This document shows, one piece after another, positions 47,333 through 57,583 of a stretch of DNA of 64,000 bases. Within the stretch, counting starts at the first letter, position 1, and every line of letters starts with the position of its first letter. Where the stretch lies: positions 82,831 to 146,830 of the forward strand of contig JADKIL010000006.1 in the NCBI GenBank assembly GCA_016721315.1, given 5' to 3'. The notes below the pieces were generated by a model, which made no database searches, had not been told where the DNA came from, and worked only from the letters and a program-made list of their open reading frames with translations. Made by a program: the position numbers and the translations under genes. This DNA comes from Candidatus Villigracilis vicinus (GTDB lineage Bacteria; Chloroflexota; Anaerolineae; Anaerolineales; Villigracilaceae).

Positions 47333-49549
47333 ATGAAATCGGCAGTCATTGAAATCCCAATGGATAAATTAATGGAACAGCTCCCGGAGAACTACACACA
47401 CACCGACCGGGAACTGGTCATGCGCGCGTATACATACGCAGAAGAGGCGCATCGCGAGCAAAAGCGCCATTCAGGCGAGCCGTACATCAACCACTGCATC
47501 GCCGTGGCAAGAATTCTCACGGAGTTAAAAGTGCCAGCAGAAGTAGTGGCTGCCGGGTTATTACACGATACCGTCGAAGATACGCCAGTGACGCTGGCGG
47601 ATATCCGCCGAGAGTTTGGGGACACGGTGCGTCTGCTGGTTGACGGGGTGACAAAATTAACTCACCTGCCGCGAGTTTCACGCGGCGATCAGCATGCTGA
47701 AAATAATGAAGACGAAAAAGAGGATGTGGTCATAGAACCTGCCCTGCTCGGGCGCAAGGAAGATATGATCTCAGAGACTCTGCGTAAAACCTTCCTTGCC
47801 ATGGGCGAAGATGTAAGTGTGGTGCTGATTAAACTGGCAGACCGCTTGCATAACATGCGCACGCTGGGGCACATGCCAGAGCACAAGCGCAAACGTATTG
47901 CGCAGGAAACACTCGATATTTTCGCGCCACTGGCAAACCGCCTCGGCATCTGGCAATTGAAATGGGAATTGGAAGACCTCAGTTTCCGTTACGTTCAGCC
48001 GGATAAATACAAAGAGATCGCCGAGTCACTGGCAGAGCGCCGCCCCGACCGAGAGCGACAGTTGGAAGAAATCAAAGAAAATTTGGTGCGTCTGTTGGAA
48101 AAGAACAACATCAAAGCCGAGCTGAGCGGGCGCCCCAAGCATATTTATTCGATTTTCAAAAAGATGCAAAAGAAAGACAAGTCTTTCGGCATGTTATATG
48201 ATGTGCGTGCCGTACGCTTGATCGTGCCGGATGTCCCCTCGTGTTACGCTGCATTAGGCGTCATCCACACCACATGGCGGCCGGTACCCGGTGAGTTCGA
48301 TGACTACATCGCAGCACCAAAAGACAACCATTATCAATCCCTGCACACTGCGGTAATGTACGACGACAAACGTCCGTTGGAGATCCAGATCCGTACACAG
48401 GAAATGCACATGAACGCCGAGTATGGCATCGCTGCGCATTGGCGATACAAGGAAGGCGGCAGGCACGACAAGCAATTTGAAGAACGCATCAAAGACCTGC
48501 GTAAAATGATGGAATGGCGCGGGGACGTGAATGACGCCACCGAATTCGTCGAATCGATGCAAAGTGATGTGTTCCGTGACCGGGTATACATCTTTACCCC
48601 ACGCGGCGACGCCATAGACCTGCCAGCAGGGTCCACCCCCATCGACTTCGCCTACACTGTCCACACAGACATTGGTCATCGCTGCCGCGGCGCGCGTGTG
48701 AACGGCAAACTCGTGCCGCTTGACCATGAATTGAAGACCGGCGATCAGGTAGAGATTCTCACCGCCAAGCGCGGCGGACCAAGCCGGGATTGGCTCAACA
48801 ACAACCTGGGCTTGGTTAAGACCCAACGCGCCAAATCGAAGATCCGTGTATGGTTTAAAAAGCTGGAAGATGAACAAAATCTCACCACTGGTCGCGATAC
48901 CTTAGAACGCGAGTTGCAACGCCTTGGCATTACCGAGGTGAATTTTGAGAAGTTGGCACGTGAACTCAGCTACAAAACCCCTGATGACATGTTCATTGAC
49001 CTGGGCACAGGCGAACTTTCGATCAGCAAACTCATCAAACAGTTCTCCAACACCGAAGAAATAAAGGATATCCTCGAAGCCAACGCACCGGCGTTTCCTC
49101 ATAAACCAACTGATGCAGTCGAAGTTTTAGGATTAAAGGGAATGCTGGCAACCATGGCAAAATGCTGTAACCCGATGCCCGGCGACCAGATCGTGGGCTA
49201 CATCACCCGTGGACGCGGCGCAACGATCCATCGCCTTGACTGCCCAAATATTTTGCAAACCCAAGACCGCGAACGCCTTCTCAAAGTAGGCTGGGGGCAT
49301 GCAGAGCAAACATTCCCCGTGCCGGTGAAGATCAAGGCATACGACCGCCAGGGACTCATGAGCGATATTTCAAACCTGCTTTCTGACGAGAACATCAATA
49401 TCAACAATGTCTCGGTCAACGTAAACCGCAGCATCGCGGATTTAAAGCTCATCATTGAAGTGAAAGATCTGACACAACTAAGCCGCATCCTCACCCGCAT
49501 CGAAAATCTACCAAATGTGATGGAAGCCGTTAGAACCAAGCCGGGATAA
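47333..49549 (+). CDS. rel: Long RelA/SpoT homolog (HD, synthetase, TGS, ACT)
   Basis: SGEPYI, LHDTVED, KLADRLHNMRTL, YQSLH, EIQIRT, AAHWRYKE. Confidence 0.95.
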   Translation: MKSAVIEIPMDKLMEQLPENYTHTDRELVMRAYTYAEEAHREQKRHSGEPYINHCIAVARILTELKVPAEVVAAGLLHDTVEDTPVTLADIRREFGDTVRLLVDGVTKLTHLPRVSRGDQHAENNEDEKEDVVIEPALLGRKEDMISETLRKTFLAMGEDVSVVLIKLADRLHNMRTLGHMPEHKRKRIAQETLDIFAPLANRLGIWQLKWELEDLSFRYVQPDKYKEIAESLAERRPDRERQLEEIKENLVRLLEKNNIKAELSGRPKHIYSIFKKMQKKDKSFGMLYDVRAVRLIVPDVPSCYAALGVIHTTWRPVPGEFDDYIAAPKDNHYQSLHTAVMYDDKRPLEIQIRTQEMHMNAEYGIAAHWRYKEGGRHDKQFEERIKDLRKMMEWRGDVNDATEFVESMQSDVFRDRVYIFTPRGDAIDLPAGSTPIDFAYTVHTDIGHRCRGARVNGKLVPLDHELKTGDQVEILTAKRGGPSRDWLNNNLGLVKTQRAKSKIRVWFKKLEDEQNLTTGRDTLERELQRLGITEVNFEKLARELSYKTPDDMFIDLGTGELSISKLIKQFSNTEEIKDILEANAPAFPHKPTDAVEVLGLKGMLATMAKCCNPMPGDQIVGYITRGRGATIHRLDCPNILQTQDRERLLKVGWGHAEQTFPVPVKIKAYDRQGLMSDISNLLSDENININNVSVNVNRSIADLKLIIEVKDLTQLSRILTRIENLPNVMEAVRTKPG

Positions 49550-49623
49550 ATTCCGCCTCCATTACGAAAAGTACAACTCACAATATCAGAATTCAGATGG
49601 GGGTATAATCGCGGCGCTTCGAT

Positions 49624-50838
49624 ATGCTTACTGTTAATGAAGCGCGCGAGCGCATCCTTTCTCAATTTACAGCCTCCACAACGGAGAGTATTCCGCTTAT
49701 TGATGCGGCTAGTCGTGTGCTGGCTGTGGATATTTCTGCAAATGACGATTACCCACCCTTCGATAATTCCGCTGTAGATGGGTTTGCACTGCGGACCGAA
49801 GATACATCCGCTTCATCCTCAACATTGAGCGTGGTTGCCGACATCCCAGCCGGTTCTGCACCGACAGTTACTCTGAGAGCCGGGCAGGCAGCCCGCATCA
49901 TGACCGGCGCGCAAATCCCTCAAGGTGCAGATTGCGTCATCCCCGTTGAAGACACCAATTTCAAAAATCGCAGCGCTGGGACGGTTCCCCCAAGCATGAT
50001 CACATTTTCGCAACAAATGCAGGCGGGAAAAAACATTCGTACACGCGGCATGGATATTCGGGCTGGCGAGATTGTCATAAAACAAGGGCGAATCCTCAAA
50101 CCGCAAGACCTGGGTTTGCTGGCAACGCTTGGCTATACGGATGTGAGCGTTTACAAAAAAGCACGGGTGGCATTGCTTTCTTCTGGCGATGAACTGCTGG
50201 AATTAGGGGCACCGCTTGAGCCGGGCAAGATCCGTGATTCGAATTCTTATGCACTGGCAGCAGCGATCTTGAGTGCAGATGCTGAAGTGATCCGTTTGGG
50301 CGTTGCAAAGGATACCCGCGCATCTGTGACCGATCTGCTCGACAAAGCGGCACAGGAACATGCAGACCTGATCCTTTCTTCTGCCGGGGTCAGTGTTGGC
50401 GCATTCGACTTCATCAAGGAAGTGATCGAAGCCAATGGCAGTATGGATTTCTGGAAAGTGAACATGCGCCCGGGAAAACCGCTGGCATTCGGGTCGTATC
50501 GCGGCATTCCGTTCATTGGGCTGCCAGGCAACCCTGTTTCAGCCTTCGTAGGTTTTGAAGTTTTCGTTCGTCCCACACTTGAGCGGCTGAGCGGGAAACT
50601 GGATGGAGGCAGGCAAACGGTTCGTGTGCGATGCGTGGAAGAGATCACATCAGATGGACGAGAGAGTTACTTGCGGGCGACCTTGCACACGCAGGAGGGA
50701 ATCCGTCTTGCAACACTAACTGGACACCAAGGCTCGGGCAATCTTCTCTCACTGGTGCAGGCGGATGCTTTACTAATCATCCCCGCTGGTGTAAAATGCG
50801 TGCCTGCTGGCTCGGAAGTTGACGCCATACTTTTGTGA
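49624..50838 (+). CDS. moeA: Molybdopterin molybdotransferase
   Basis: PPFDNSAVDGFA, IMTGA, SGDEL, RPGKP, LPGNPVS. Confidence 0.93.
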   Translation: MLTVNEARERILSQFTASTTESIPLIDAASRVLAVDISANDDYPPFDNSAVDGFALRTEDTSASSSTLSVVADIPAGSAPTVTLRAGQAARIMTGAQIPQGADCVIPVEDTNFKNRSAGTVPPSMITFSQQMQAGKNIRTRGMDIRAGEIVIKQGRILKPQDLGLLATLGYTDVSVYKKARVALLSSGDELLELGAPLEPGKIRDSNSYALAAAILSADAEVIRLGVAKDTRASVTDLLDKAAQEHADLILSSAGVSVGAFDFIKEVIEANGSMDFWKVNMRPGKPLAFGSYRGIPFIGLPGNPVSAFVGFEVFVRPTLERLSGKLDGGRQTVRVRCVEEITSDGRESYLRATLHTQEGIRLATLTGHQGSGNLLSLVQADALLIIPAGVKCVPAGSEVDAILL

Positions 50839-50844
50839 GGAACC

Positions 50845-51270
50845 ATGAATAAATGGCTTTACCGCGCTTCAATAGCGCTTGTGATCATCGGTCTTGCTGT
50901 TTCGGTCTATATGACGATCTATAAGATCAGCGGCAACGATGGTATGTGCCTCGGCTCTGGCGATTGCTCCACCGTGAACGCCAGCCGCTTTTCAGAAGTG
51001 AACGGGATCCCAGTGGCGGTTTTTGGCATCGTCGGGTATGTTGCGATCCTGCTCGTTCATCTGTTCGAGAACCGTAATGAGTTCTTTCGAACAAATGGCA
51101 CATTGTTGATCTTTGGCATGTCGCTGACGGGCTTTCTGTTCACGCTCTGGTTAATTTACGTGGAGCTTGTACTATTGCAGGCCATTTGCCCGTTCTGTGT
51201 TACATCACAAGTCGCGATGACGATCATTTTTATCATTGCAGTCACGCGACTATTCCGAAACCAAGATTAG
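50845..51270 (+). CDS. Vitamin K epoxide reductase (VKOR) family protein
   Basis: Loop Cys pair C...C..V..S and CPFC; four TM helices. Confidence 0.88.
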   Translation: MNKWLYRASIALVIIGLAVSVYMTIYKISGNDGMCLGSGDCSTVNASRFSEVNGIPVAVFGIVGYVAILLVHLFENRNEFFRTNGTLLIFGMSLTGFLFTLWLIYVELVLLQAICPFCVTSQVAMTIIFIIAVTRLFRNQD

Positions 51271-51281
51271 GAGGATTCGAA

Positions 51282-51512
51282 ATGCCCCGTATCAAGTGTC
51301 ACTATGTTGATTGTGTTTTCCTGGATGAAGGGTTGTGCGGCGCTGCTGCCGTAGAGTTCGACCCCGACACAGGCTGCGTAACCTATTCCCCTGCTGATGG
51401 CGCCGCCGCTGCAGATGAATGGGAAGACGAAGAAGAGCTAGATGAATGGGAGGATGAAGAAGCGGACGGCGAAGAAGATGATGAGTGGCTGGAAGAAGAG
51501 GATGAGTTTTAA
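51282..51512 (+). CDS. Small four-Cys protein with an acidic tail
   Basis: AGGAGG Shine-Dalgarno; MPRIKCHYVDCVFLDEGLC...GC then a D/E/W-rich tail; terminator follows. Confidence 0.7.
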   Translation: MPRIKCHYVDCVFLDEGLCGAAAVEFDPDTGCVTYSPADGAAAADEWEDEEELDEWEDEEADGEEDDEWLEEEDEF

Positions 51513-51550
51513 CCACGCCCCACTTCCACACTTACAGTTGATACCAAATA

Positions 51551-51581
51551 AAAGCCTTCTCTGCGCGAGTAGGCTTTTTTT
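51551..51581 (+). terminator. Intrinsic terminator
   Basis: AAAGCCT / AGGCTTT followed by a T-tract. Confidence 0.65.
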
Positions 51582-51644
51582 GTTCGCAGAATTGGAATAA
51601 AATTTATTATTCAATATTTAGCCCGATCACAAAAGAGGATCTTA

Positions 51645-52094
51645 ATGACCACACTTACCAGAACCAATTCAGATGACCAGAATTTTGTAGAACTTGTCCA
51701 TCACCTTGATGCGGACCTTGCCGAAAAGAATGGCGATCAGAACCCGTTTTACGCTCAATTCAACAAGATCGCAAAGATCAAACATGTTGTGATCGCTCAT
51801 GCGAACGGACAAGCTATTGCCTGCGGCGCAATAAAGGAGTACGAGCAAGGCATCATGGAAGTGAAACGCATGTATACCGCCCCAGAGAGCAGGGGCAAGG
51901 GAATTGCCGGGCAAATTTTGGCAGAATTGGAGTCCTGGGCAGCCGAGTTGGGATATCAAAAATGCATTCTAGAAACCGGGTTAAAGCAGGTGGCTGCGAT
52001 CCACTTGTACGAAAAGAGTGGATACAGCCGAATTCCAAACTATGGGCAATATGCAGGCATTGAAAACAGCGTTTGCTTTGAAAAGCGGCTCTAG
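51645..52094 (+). CDS. GNAT N-acetyltransferase
   Basis: EVKRMY, RGKGIA, LETG..Q..A..LY. Confidence 0.9.
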   Translation: MTTLTRTNSDDQNFVELVHHLDADLAEKNGDQNPFYAQFNKIAKIKHVVIAHANGQAIACGAIKEYEQGIMEVKRMYTAPESRGKGIAGQILAELESWAAELGYQKCILETGLKQVAAIHLYEKSGYSRIPNYGQYAGIENSVCFEKRL

Positions 52095-52178
52095 ATCATT
52101 CCCTGATTTGGGTTGCTATTTTTTACACACAGATATTTCACGTTTTTTGTAGAACGATCTGTAATAAACCGACGCAGA

Positions 52179-53990
52179 TCATCCCCATAAATCCTGAGCG
52201 GCTTCATTCAAACCAAGCTCCAGCAACTTCTCTTTTGTCGGCTTTCCAGTGCTCAGGTCCCAACCTCGGGCTTCATAATAAGCAACAAGCATGGCTTTTA
52301 TATCCGGCACAAACCCCTCTGCGCCGCCTTCTTTATGAGGTTCAAGCAAGGCTTTGGGTAATTTATCATTACTTGCATTCAAACCCATGCGATTATTAAT
52401 GGCACGCTTCAAGTTCCAGGCACGCTCACCAGATTTCATCAGATCCGCCACGGTCCAGTTCAAGCCTAACTGAGCATTGAGCAGGTCCACCTGGGTCTGC
52501 GGCGGCACATTGGCGAAAATACAGATCAAGACCGAGTTGAAATGTGTGCGCCAATTTTGATGCCTTGCCACATTGGCGGCCTTCTCTGCCTGGGCGTGAC
52601 GCTCCATGTAATGGATACCGATCTCTTCATACGTATGTCCCCAATCCACAAAGAAATAATCAGATTGGTTATGGCACGCCCCACGCGGACTGGTGGCATA
52701 CGAAAGCGCCATACCCGAAACACCACGTGGATCGTGATACGCAACCTCAAGCCCATTGACCTGCACAGCTTCATCTTCCGCACCGAACGCCGCTCCAAAT
52801 TGACGCGAGCCGCGCGACATGACGTCACCGATCCCTTCACGACGGGCAATTAAGTGGATCAACTTCTCAGCGGCGGCAGAATCTCCCCAGTGCAGATCCA
52901 ACCCGCCCGTATCTTGAGCCGTGATCTTTCCCAGTTCAAAAAGGTGATAAGCCAAGCCAATCGTATTGGAGGTGCTGATCGTATCCAATCCGTATTTATC
53001 GCAAGTTTCACCCAGGCGAACGACTGCGTTGAGATCGTCGATCAATAGGCTGGGACCGAAACCAACAACGGTTTCATACTCTGGACCTTTGCGCTTCTTT
53101 CCGTCGCCGAGATTCACAACACGCCCACAGGCAATGACACATCCCTGACAGGCGCTTTTTCCGACCAGAATCGACTCGGTGATCTTTGCGCCGGAAATAT
53201 TATCAACGCCAGGGAACATTCCTTGATGGTAATACTTTGCAGGCATAGCTCCAAGATATTCGGCGTAATTTGCCGCACCCGCCGAACCAAGCTCGCTCAT
53301 CACTTTCGACTCGTTATCCTGCTTCAAACTCCGGTTTGCTTCAGAACGCACAGCAGAATATTCTTCGGTTACTTCGATTTTTTGAGTCCCATGAACCGCA
53401 ATGGCTTTTAGATTTTTAGACCCCATCACTGCGCCCATGCCGGTTCGCCCTGCCATGCGTCCGTGGTCGCAGCAAATCGACGCATACAACACGCCGCGCT
53501 CTCCTGCTTCGCCAATGACTGCAACCCGTGCCGCTTTGACACCTACTTCTGCACGGACGAGTTCCTGCGTCTCATAAACATCTCTGCCCAGCAAACCCGC
53601 CGCACTGCGGACCTCAAGCCTGCCATCCTGAATCCAAAGATATACAGCACCAGAAGCTTTTCCTGTGATCCACAAGCCGTCGTACCCGGCTTTGCGAAGC
53701 TCGGGTCCCCAAAAACCTCCGATATTTGATTCAGCCCATAAGCCAGTTGCTGGTCCCTTGCCGCAGATGACAAATCGTCCCGTTGTGGGACCATTCGTTC
53801 CAGAGAGTGGTCCATTGATAAACAGCAGCGGCGACTCGGGAGAAAGCGGGTCCAGGTCTTTCGTGAGAAATGGGTACAGAATGCGCGCAGCAAGCGAGGC
53901 GCCGCCGAGGAAATCCCTTTGCCAATCGGCAGGGATCGCAAACTCCTCGGTAGTATTTGTGGTCAGGTTAATTTTCAGAATGGGCAGCAT
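52179..53990 (-). CDS. aor: Aldehyde:ferredoxin oxidoreductase, second paralog
   Basis: GRTGMGAVMGSKNLKA, CQGCVIAC, GPEYET, HDPR, RGACH. Confidence 0.9.
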   Translation of the reverse strand: MLPILKINLTTNTTEEFAIPADWQRDFLGGASLAARILYPFLTKDLDPLSPESPLLFINGPLSGTNGPTTGRFVICGKGPATGLWAESNIGGFWGPELRKAGYDGLWITGKASGAVYLWIQDGRLEVRSAAGLLGRDVYETQELVRAEVGVKAARVAVIGEAGERGVLYASICCDHGRMAGRTGMGAVMGSKNLKAIAVHGTQKIEVTEEYSAVRSEANRSLKQDNESKVMSELGSAGAANYAEYLGAMPAKYYHQGMFPGVDNISGAKITESILVGKSACQGCVIACGRVVNLGDGKKRKGPEYETVVGFGPSLLIDDLNAVVRLGETCDKYGLDTISTSNTIGLAYHLFELGKITAQDTGGLDLHWGDSAAAEKLIHLIARREGIGDVMSRGSRQFGAAFGAEDEAVQVNGLEVAYHDPRGVSGMALSYATSPRGACHNQSDYFFVDWGHTYEEIGIHYMERHAQAEKAANVARHQNWRTHFNSVLICIFANVPPQTQVDLLNAQLGLNWTVADLMKSGERAWNLKRAINNRMGLNASNDKLPKALLEPHKEGGAEGFVPDIKAMLVAYYEARGWDLSTGKPTKEKLLELGLNEAAQDLWG

Positions 53991-54010
53991 TATGATTTAT
54001 CAAACACCTG

Positions 54011-54421
54011 TTAAACAATTTCCTTGGTCACTTCTTGCGCACAGCGAACAAAATCAAGGACCACAGGAACGTTCCGCATCATATACCCCATACTGCCATT
54101 GACCTTTAATTTCATGGTCATCATGGCGGTCATTGGGTTTAATTTACCAGTTAGCACTGCGGTGATGTTATCGTAACTGGCTGTTAGATTAAAGGCAACA
54201 TTCGAGTATTTTGCCGGGTCAGGGTTGTACTCCACTTTGCGACAGGTGCCATGCCATAGATCAAGATAGAAGGTTAATTTCTCTTTCAAATTACCTTCGG
54301 GTTCAATATGAAAGAACAGGTCGCCCTCCCAATTCTTTGCGATCTCTGCATAGTGTGTATCTGAGTTCAGTTTTGCTTCAAGATCATTCAACCATTCCTG
54401 GCTGGGAAACATGGAATTCAT
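54011..54421 (-). CDS. SCP2 (sterol-carrier-like) domain protein
   Basis: FPSQEW, WEGD, G.LNPMTAMMTMKLKVNG; GGAGG Shine-Dalgarno. Confidence 0.8.
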   Translation of the reverse strand: MNSMFPSQEWLNDLEAKLNSDTHYAEIAKNWEGDLFFHIEPEGNLKEKLTFYLDLWHGTCRKVEYNPDPAKYSNVAFNLTASYDNITAVLTGKLNPMTAMMTMKLKVNGSMGYMMRNVPVVLDFVRCAQEVTKEIV

Positions 54422-54484
54422 TCGATTCGCCTCCAAAAGATTAAGTATGCAATTTTACCATCATGAAATTAACAACCAAAATCC

Positions 54485-54513
54485 TTGCAGAATCGAAAAA
54501 AATAGTCTATGCT
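54485..54513 (+). promoter_or_regulatory. Putative promoter of the ABC operon
   Basis: TTGCAG-17 nt-TATGCT. Confidence 0.55.
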
Positions 54514-54583
54514 TAGTGGGCGGGTTGAGAAACAATCCGTGGCAACGAAAAGTTGTCCATCCCTTTTTTCTCTCGGAGGAGAA

Positions 54584-55495
54584 ATGAAGAAACTTTTGAC
54601 CCTTGCCAGCATCCTTGTTCTGGCATCTCTCGTACTCACTGCCTGCGGCGGTGGAGGCGGTTCTACCGCATCAGACCTACTCGGAGCCATTCAAGAACGT
54701 GGATATATCCTTGTTTCCACCGACCCGAACTACGCGCCGCAATCCTTCCTTAACACCGAAGGTTCACGCCCGTCGGATACCAAATGCCCCGGTGACGCAC
54801 TGACCACCACTGAAATGCAGGGTTTTGATGTAGATGTTGCCATTGCCATCGGCGACTCCCTCGGTGTTGAGACTTGTTTCGCCACCCCTTCCTGGGATGC
54901 GATCACTGCCGGTAACTGGGCTGACAAATGGGACGTGAGCGTTGGCTCCATGACCATCAATACTGCCCGCCAGCAGGTGCTCGACTTCAGCGTGCCCTAC
55001 TACTACACCCCTGCGGTTGTGGCAGTTTCCGCTGATTCTGGCATCAGCTCTCTTGACGGACTTTCCGGTCAGGCAGTTTGCGCCGGCGCCGCCACTACCT
55101 ACGAAGCCTGGCTCAACAATGATGCCGAAGGTTTGGGCTTGCCCGAATCCTCCATCTATTCTCCAGTTCCTGCTGATGTGACCGTTGTGCCGCTGGAAAC
55201 TGATCAGGAATGTGCCCAGTCGATCGCCTCAGGACGCACCGATTTCGTCGCTTATGTAACCTCTGAAACTGTGGTCAACGCTAATATTGCCGAAGGTATG
55301 CCGGTTACCAAGCTGGACGGCGCCGTCTTCTCTGAAGACCTCGCTGCTGCTTTCGACAAATCCTCCACGCTGGACGCCACCTCTCTGCGCGCCAAAGTGG
55401 ACGAGCTCTTCACCGCCATGCACAGCGACGGTAGACTCGCCGACCTCTCCACCAAGTGGTTCGAGGTTGACCTGACCGCTGCACCTAACAAGTAA
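54584..55495 (+). CDS. Polar amino-acid ABC substrate-binding lipoprotein
   Basis: Lipobox LTAC, YAPQSF, GFDVDVA, MTINTAR, FSVPYY. Confidence 0.9.
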   Translation: MKKLLTLASILVLASLVLTACGGGGGSTASDLLGAIQERGYILVSTDPNYAPQSFLNTEGSRPSDTKCPGDALTTTEMQGFDVDVAIAIGDSLGVETCFATPSWDAITAGNWADKWDVSVGSMTINTARQQVLDFSVPYYYTPAVVAVSADSGISSLDGLSGQAVCAGAATTYEAWLNNDAEGLGLPESSIYSPVPADVTVVPLETDQECAQSIASGRTDFVAYVTSETVVNANIAEGMPVTKLDGAVFSEDLAAAFDKSSTLDATSLRAKVDELFTAMHSDGRLADLSTKWFEVDLTAAPNK

Positions 55496-55507
55496 TACTC
55501 AAGAACA

Positions 55508-55543
55508 AAAAAGGGAAGCGGCACTATTGCCGCTTCCCTTTTT
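55508..55543 (+). terminator. Stem-loop after the binding-protein gene
   Basis: AAAAAGGGAAGCGGCA / TGCCGCTTCCCTTTTT. Confidence 0.75.
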
Positions 55544-55577
55544 ATTAAAACAACTCCACCCTTCGGAGGTATACACG

Positions 55578-56425
55578 ATGGCATCCACGACCAATCAGGG
55601 AGAAGCGCCGACTTCTCAAGCAGAACTTCTCTATCAAGCGCAGCTGCGCAAGGAACGCCTGTTTCGTACGCATGTTGGCGCTTCATGGGCGGTACTTTTT
55701 TCATTTTGATCTTTTTATTCAGCGGGCAAAATATTCAGTTGGGTTCTTTCAAATTTGAAACCATCCAACTTGATACAGAATTCATTCTCAAAAACCTTAC
55801 GTTCATTGCCGAAGGGCTGGGGCAAACCCTGTTGATCTCAGTCCTTTCCATTGCCTTTGCCATTTCGCTCGCACTATTAGCGGCGTTGGGCAGGCTTTCC
55901 ACGTTTCCGCCGATCTATGCCATCAGCACTTTTTATGTTTCCTTGATCCGCGGAACCCCTCTTTACCTTCAGATTTTCTTCTTCTTCCTGGCTTTACCGC
56001 AACTTGGCATCATCCTATCCGGGACATTTGCCGGGGTAATGGCGTTGGGATTGAACTATGGCGCCTACATGTCTGAAACGTTCCGTGCCGGGTTGAGCTC
56101 CGTCGGCAAGGGTCAGCGTGAAGCCGCTATGGCATTGGGAATGACCCCCGGTCAGACCATGAGGCGGGTCATCCTGCCGCAGGCATTGCGATTTGCCATT
56201 CCGCCCATGGGCAATGACTTCATATCCATGACCAAAGACTCAGCGCTTGTATCTGCCACGGGCTTCGTACACGAGTTGATGTGGCGTGCCACCAAGGTTG
56301 GGCGCGCACAGTTTAACAACCTTGAAGCCCTCATCATGGCAGCCATGTTCTACTGGGTACTCACCCTTATCCTCACCTACTTCCAGGGAAAACTGGAAGC
56401 CCGCCTTTCCAAGGGAGATCGCTAA
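55578..56425 (+). pseudogene. Amino-acid ABC permease with a 1-nt frameshift near the 5' end
   Basis: GGAGG then ATG 55578 stops at 55709; one extra T at 55696-55701 joins it to the frame carrying RGTP and the EAA loop GQREAAMALG. Confidence 0.8.
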
Positions 56426-56426
56426 C

Positions 56427-57191
56427 ATGTCTTTGCCGATTGTCAAAGTATCCAATCTTGATAAATATTTCGGGCGCTTGCACGTTCTAAAGGACATCAG
56501 TCTGGAAGTCCCTGAACGCCAGGTACTATGTCTCATCGGACGCAGCGGCTCCGGTAAAAGTACGCTATTGCGCTGCCTTAATTTTCTTGAAGAACCTTCT
56601 CACGGCGTCATCGAAGTGGATGGTGTGCAGGTCAACGCCGAGGTAAAAGGCAAGGAAAGACGCCAACTCGTCCACGATGTACGCCTCAAGACGGGTATGG
56701 TCTTCCAGGAATTCAACCTCTTCCCGCACATGACCGTCCTTGAGAATGTGATCGAGGGTCCGGTCACCGTCAAGAACATGGACAGAAAACGTGCCATCGA
56801 ACTTGCGGAGCAAAACCTGGATAGTGTAGGTATGCTCTTCAAAAAAGATGAGTATCCTTTGCGTCTCTCGGGCGGGCAAAAACAACGCGTTGCCATCGCC
56901 CGCGCCCTGACCATGGAGCCGCGCGTCATGCTTTTTGATGAGCCTACTTCAGCCCTCGACCCGGAACTCATCGGCGAAGTGTTGAATGTCATGAAAAAAG
57001 TCGCCAACGAAGGCATGACCATGATCGTCGTTACCCATGAAATGGGTTTTGCTCGTGACGTGGCAGACCGCGTGATCGTGATGTCTGAAGGTCAACTGAT
57101 CGAAGACGCCACACCAGAAGATCTGTTCAACAACCCCAAGGATTCACGCACCAAGGCGTTGATCGACCGCTATCGCTCTGAAGATCAATAA
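56427..57191 (+). CDS. Amino-acid ABC ATP-binding protein (GlnQ-like)
   Basis: [27 protein letters not shown]. Confidence 0.93.
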   Translation: MSLPIVKVSNLDKYFGRLHVLKDISLEVPERQVLCLIGRSGSGKSTLLRCLNFLEEPSHGVIEVDGVQVNAEVKGKERRQLVHDVRLKTGMVFQEFNLFPHMTVLENVIEGPVTVKNMDRKRAIELAEQNLDSVGMLFKKDEYPLRLSGGQKQRVAIARALTMEPRVMLFDEPTSALDPELIGEVLNVMKKVANEGMTMIVVTHEMGFARDVADRVIVMSEGQLIEDATPEDLFNNPKDSRTKALIDRYRSEDQ

Positions 57192-57199
57192 ACCGAACA

Positions 57200-57583
57200 A
57201 TGTCAATCTCTGAGCTCAAGATCACAACCGAACACATCCAACGACAAGATAAAGAGATCATCACAATATTCCACCTGCGCGGCTGGCTCGACAGCCAAAG
57301 TGAAAGCACGCTGATCGCCGCCGCGCAGGAAGAATTTTCACAAGGGATACGATACCTGGTCGTCAACCTTGAAGAAATTCAAATGCTGACTAGTGCTGGA
57401 ATTCGCGCTGTTCAAAAGCTACATAAACTATTTGAATCGTCAAATCCCGACCCGGCTACGGTGCGCCTCAAGTTATGCAGCGCGCCTCAACAAGTGCATC
57501 ACGCACTGGCATTGACTGGCATCCTGCAAACCATTCCCATGTATGAAAGCCTGCAAGCCGTCCTGATATCCTACAACAAGTGA
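57200..57583 (+). CDS. STAS-domain (anti-sigma antagonist-like) protein
   Basis: LRGWLD and LTSAGIR motifs. Confidence 0.8.
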   Translation: MSISELKITTEHIQRQDKEIITIFHLRGWLDSQSESTLIAAAQEEFSQGIRYLVVNLEEIQMLTSAGIRAVQKLHKLFESSNPDPATVRLKLCSAPQQVHHALALTGILQTIPMYESLQAVLISYNK

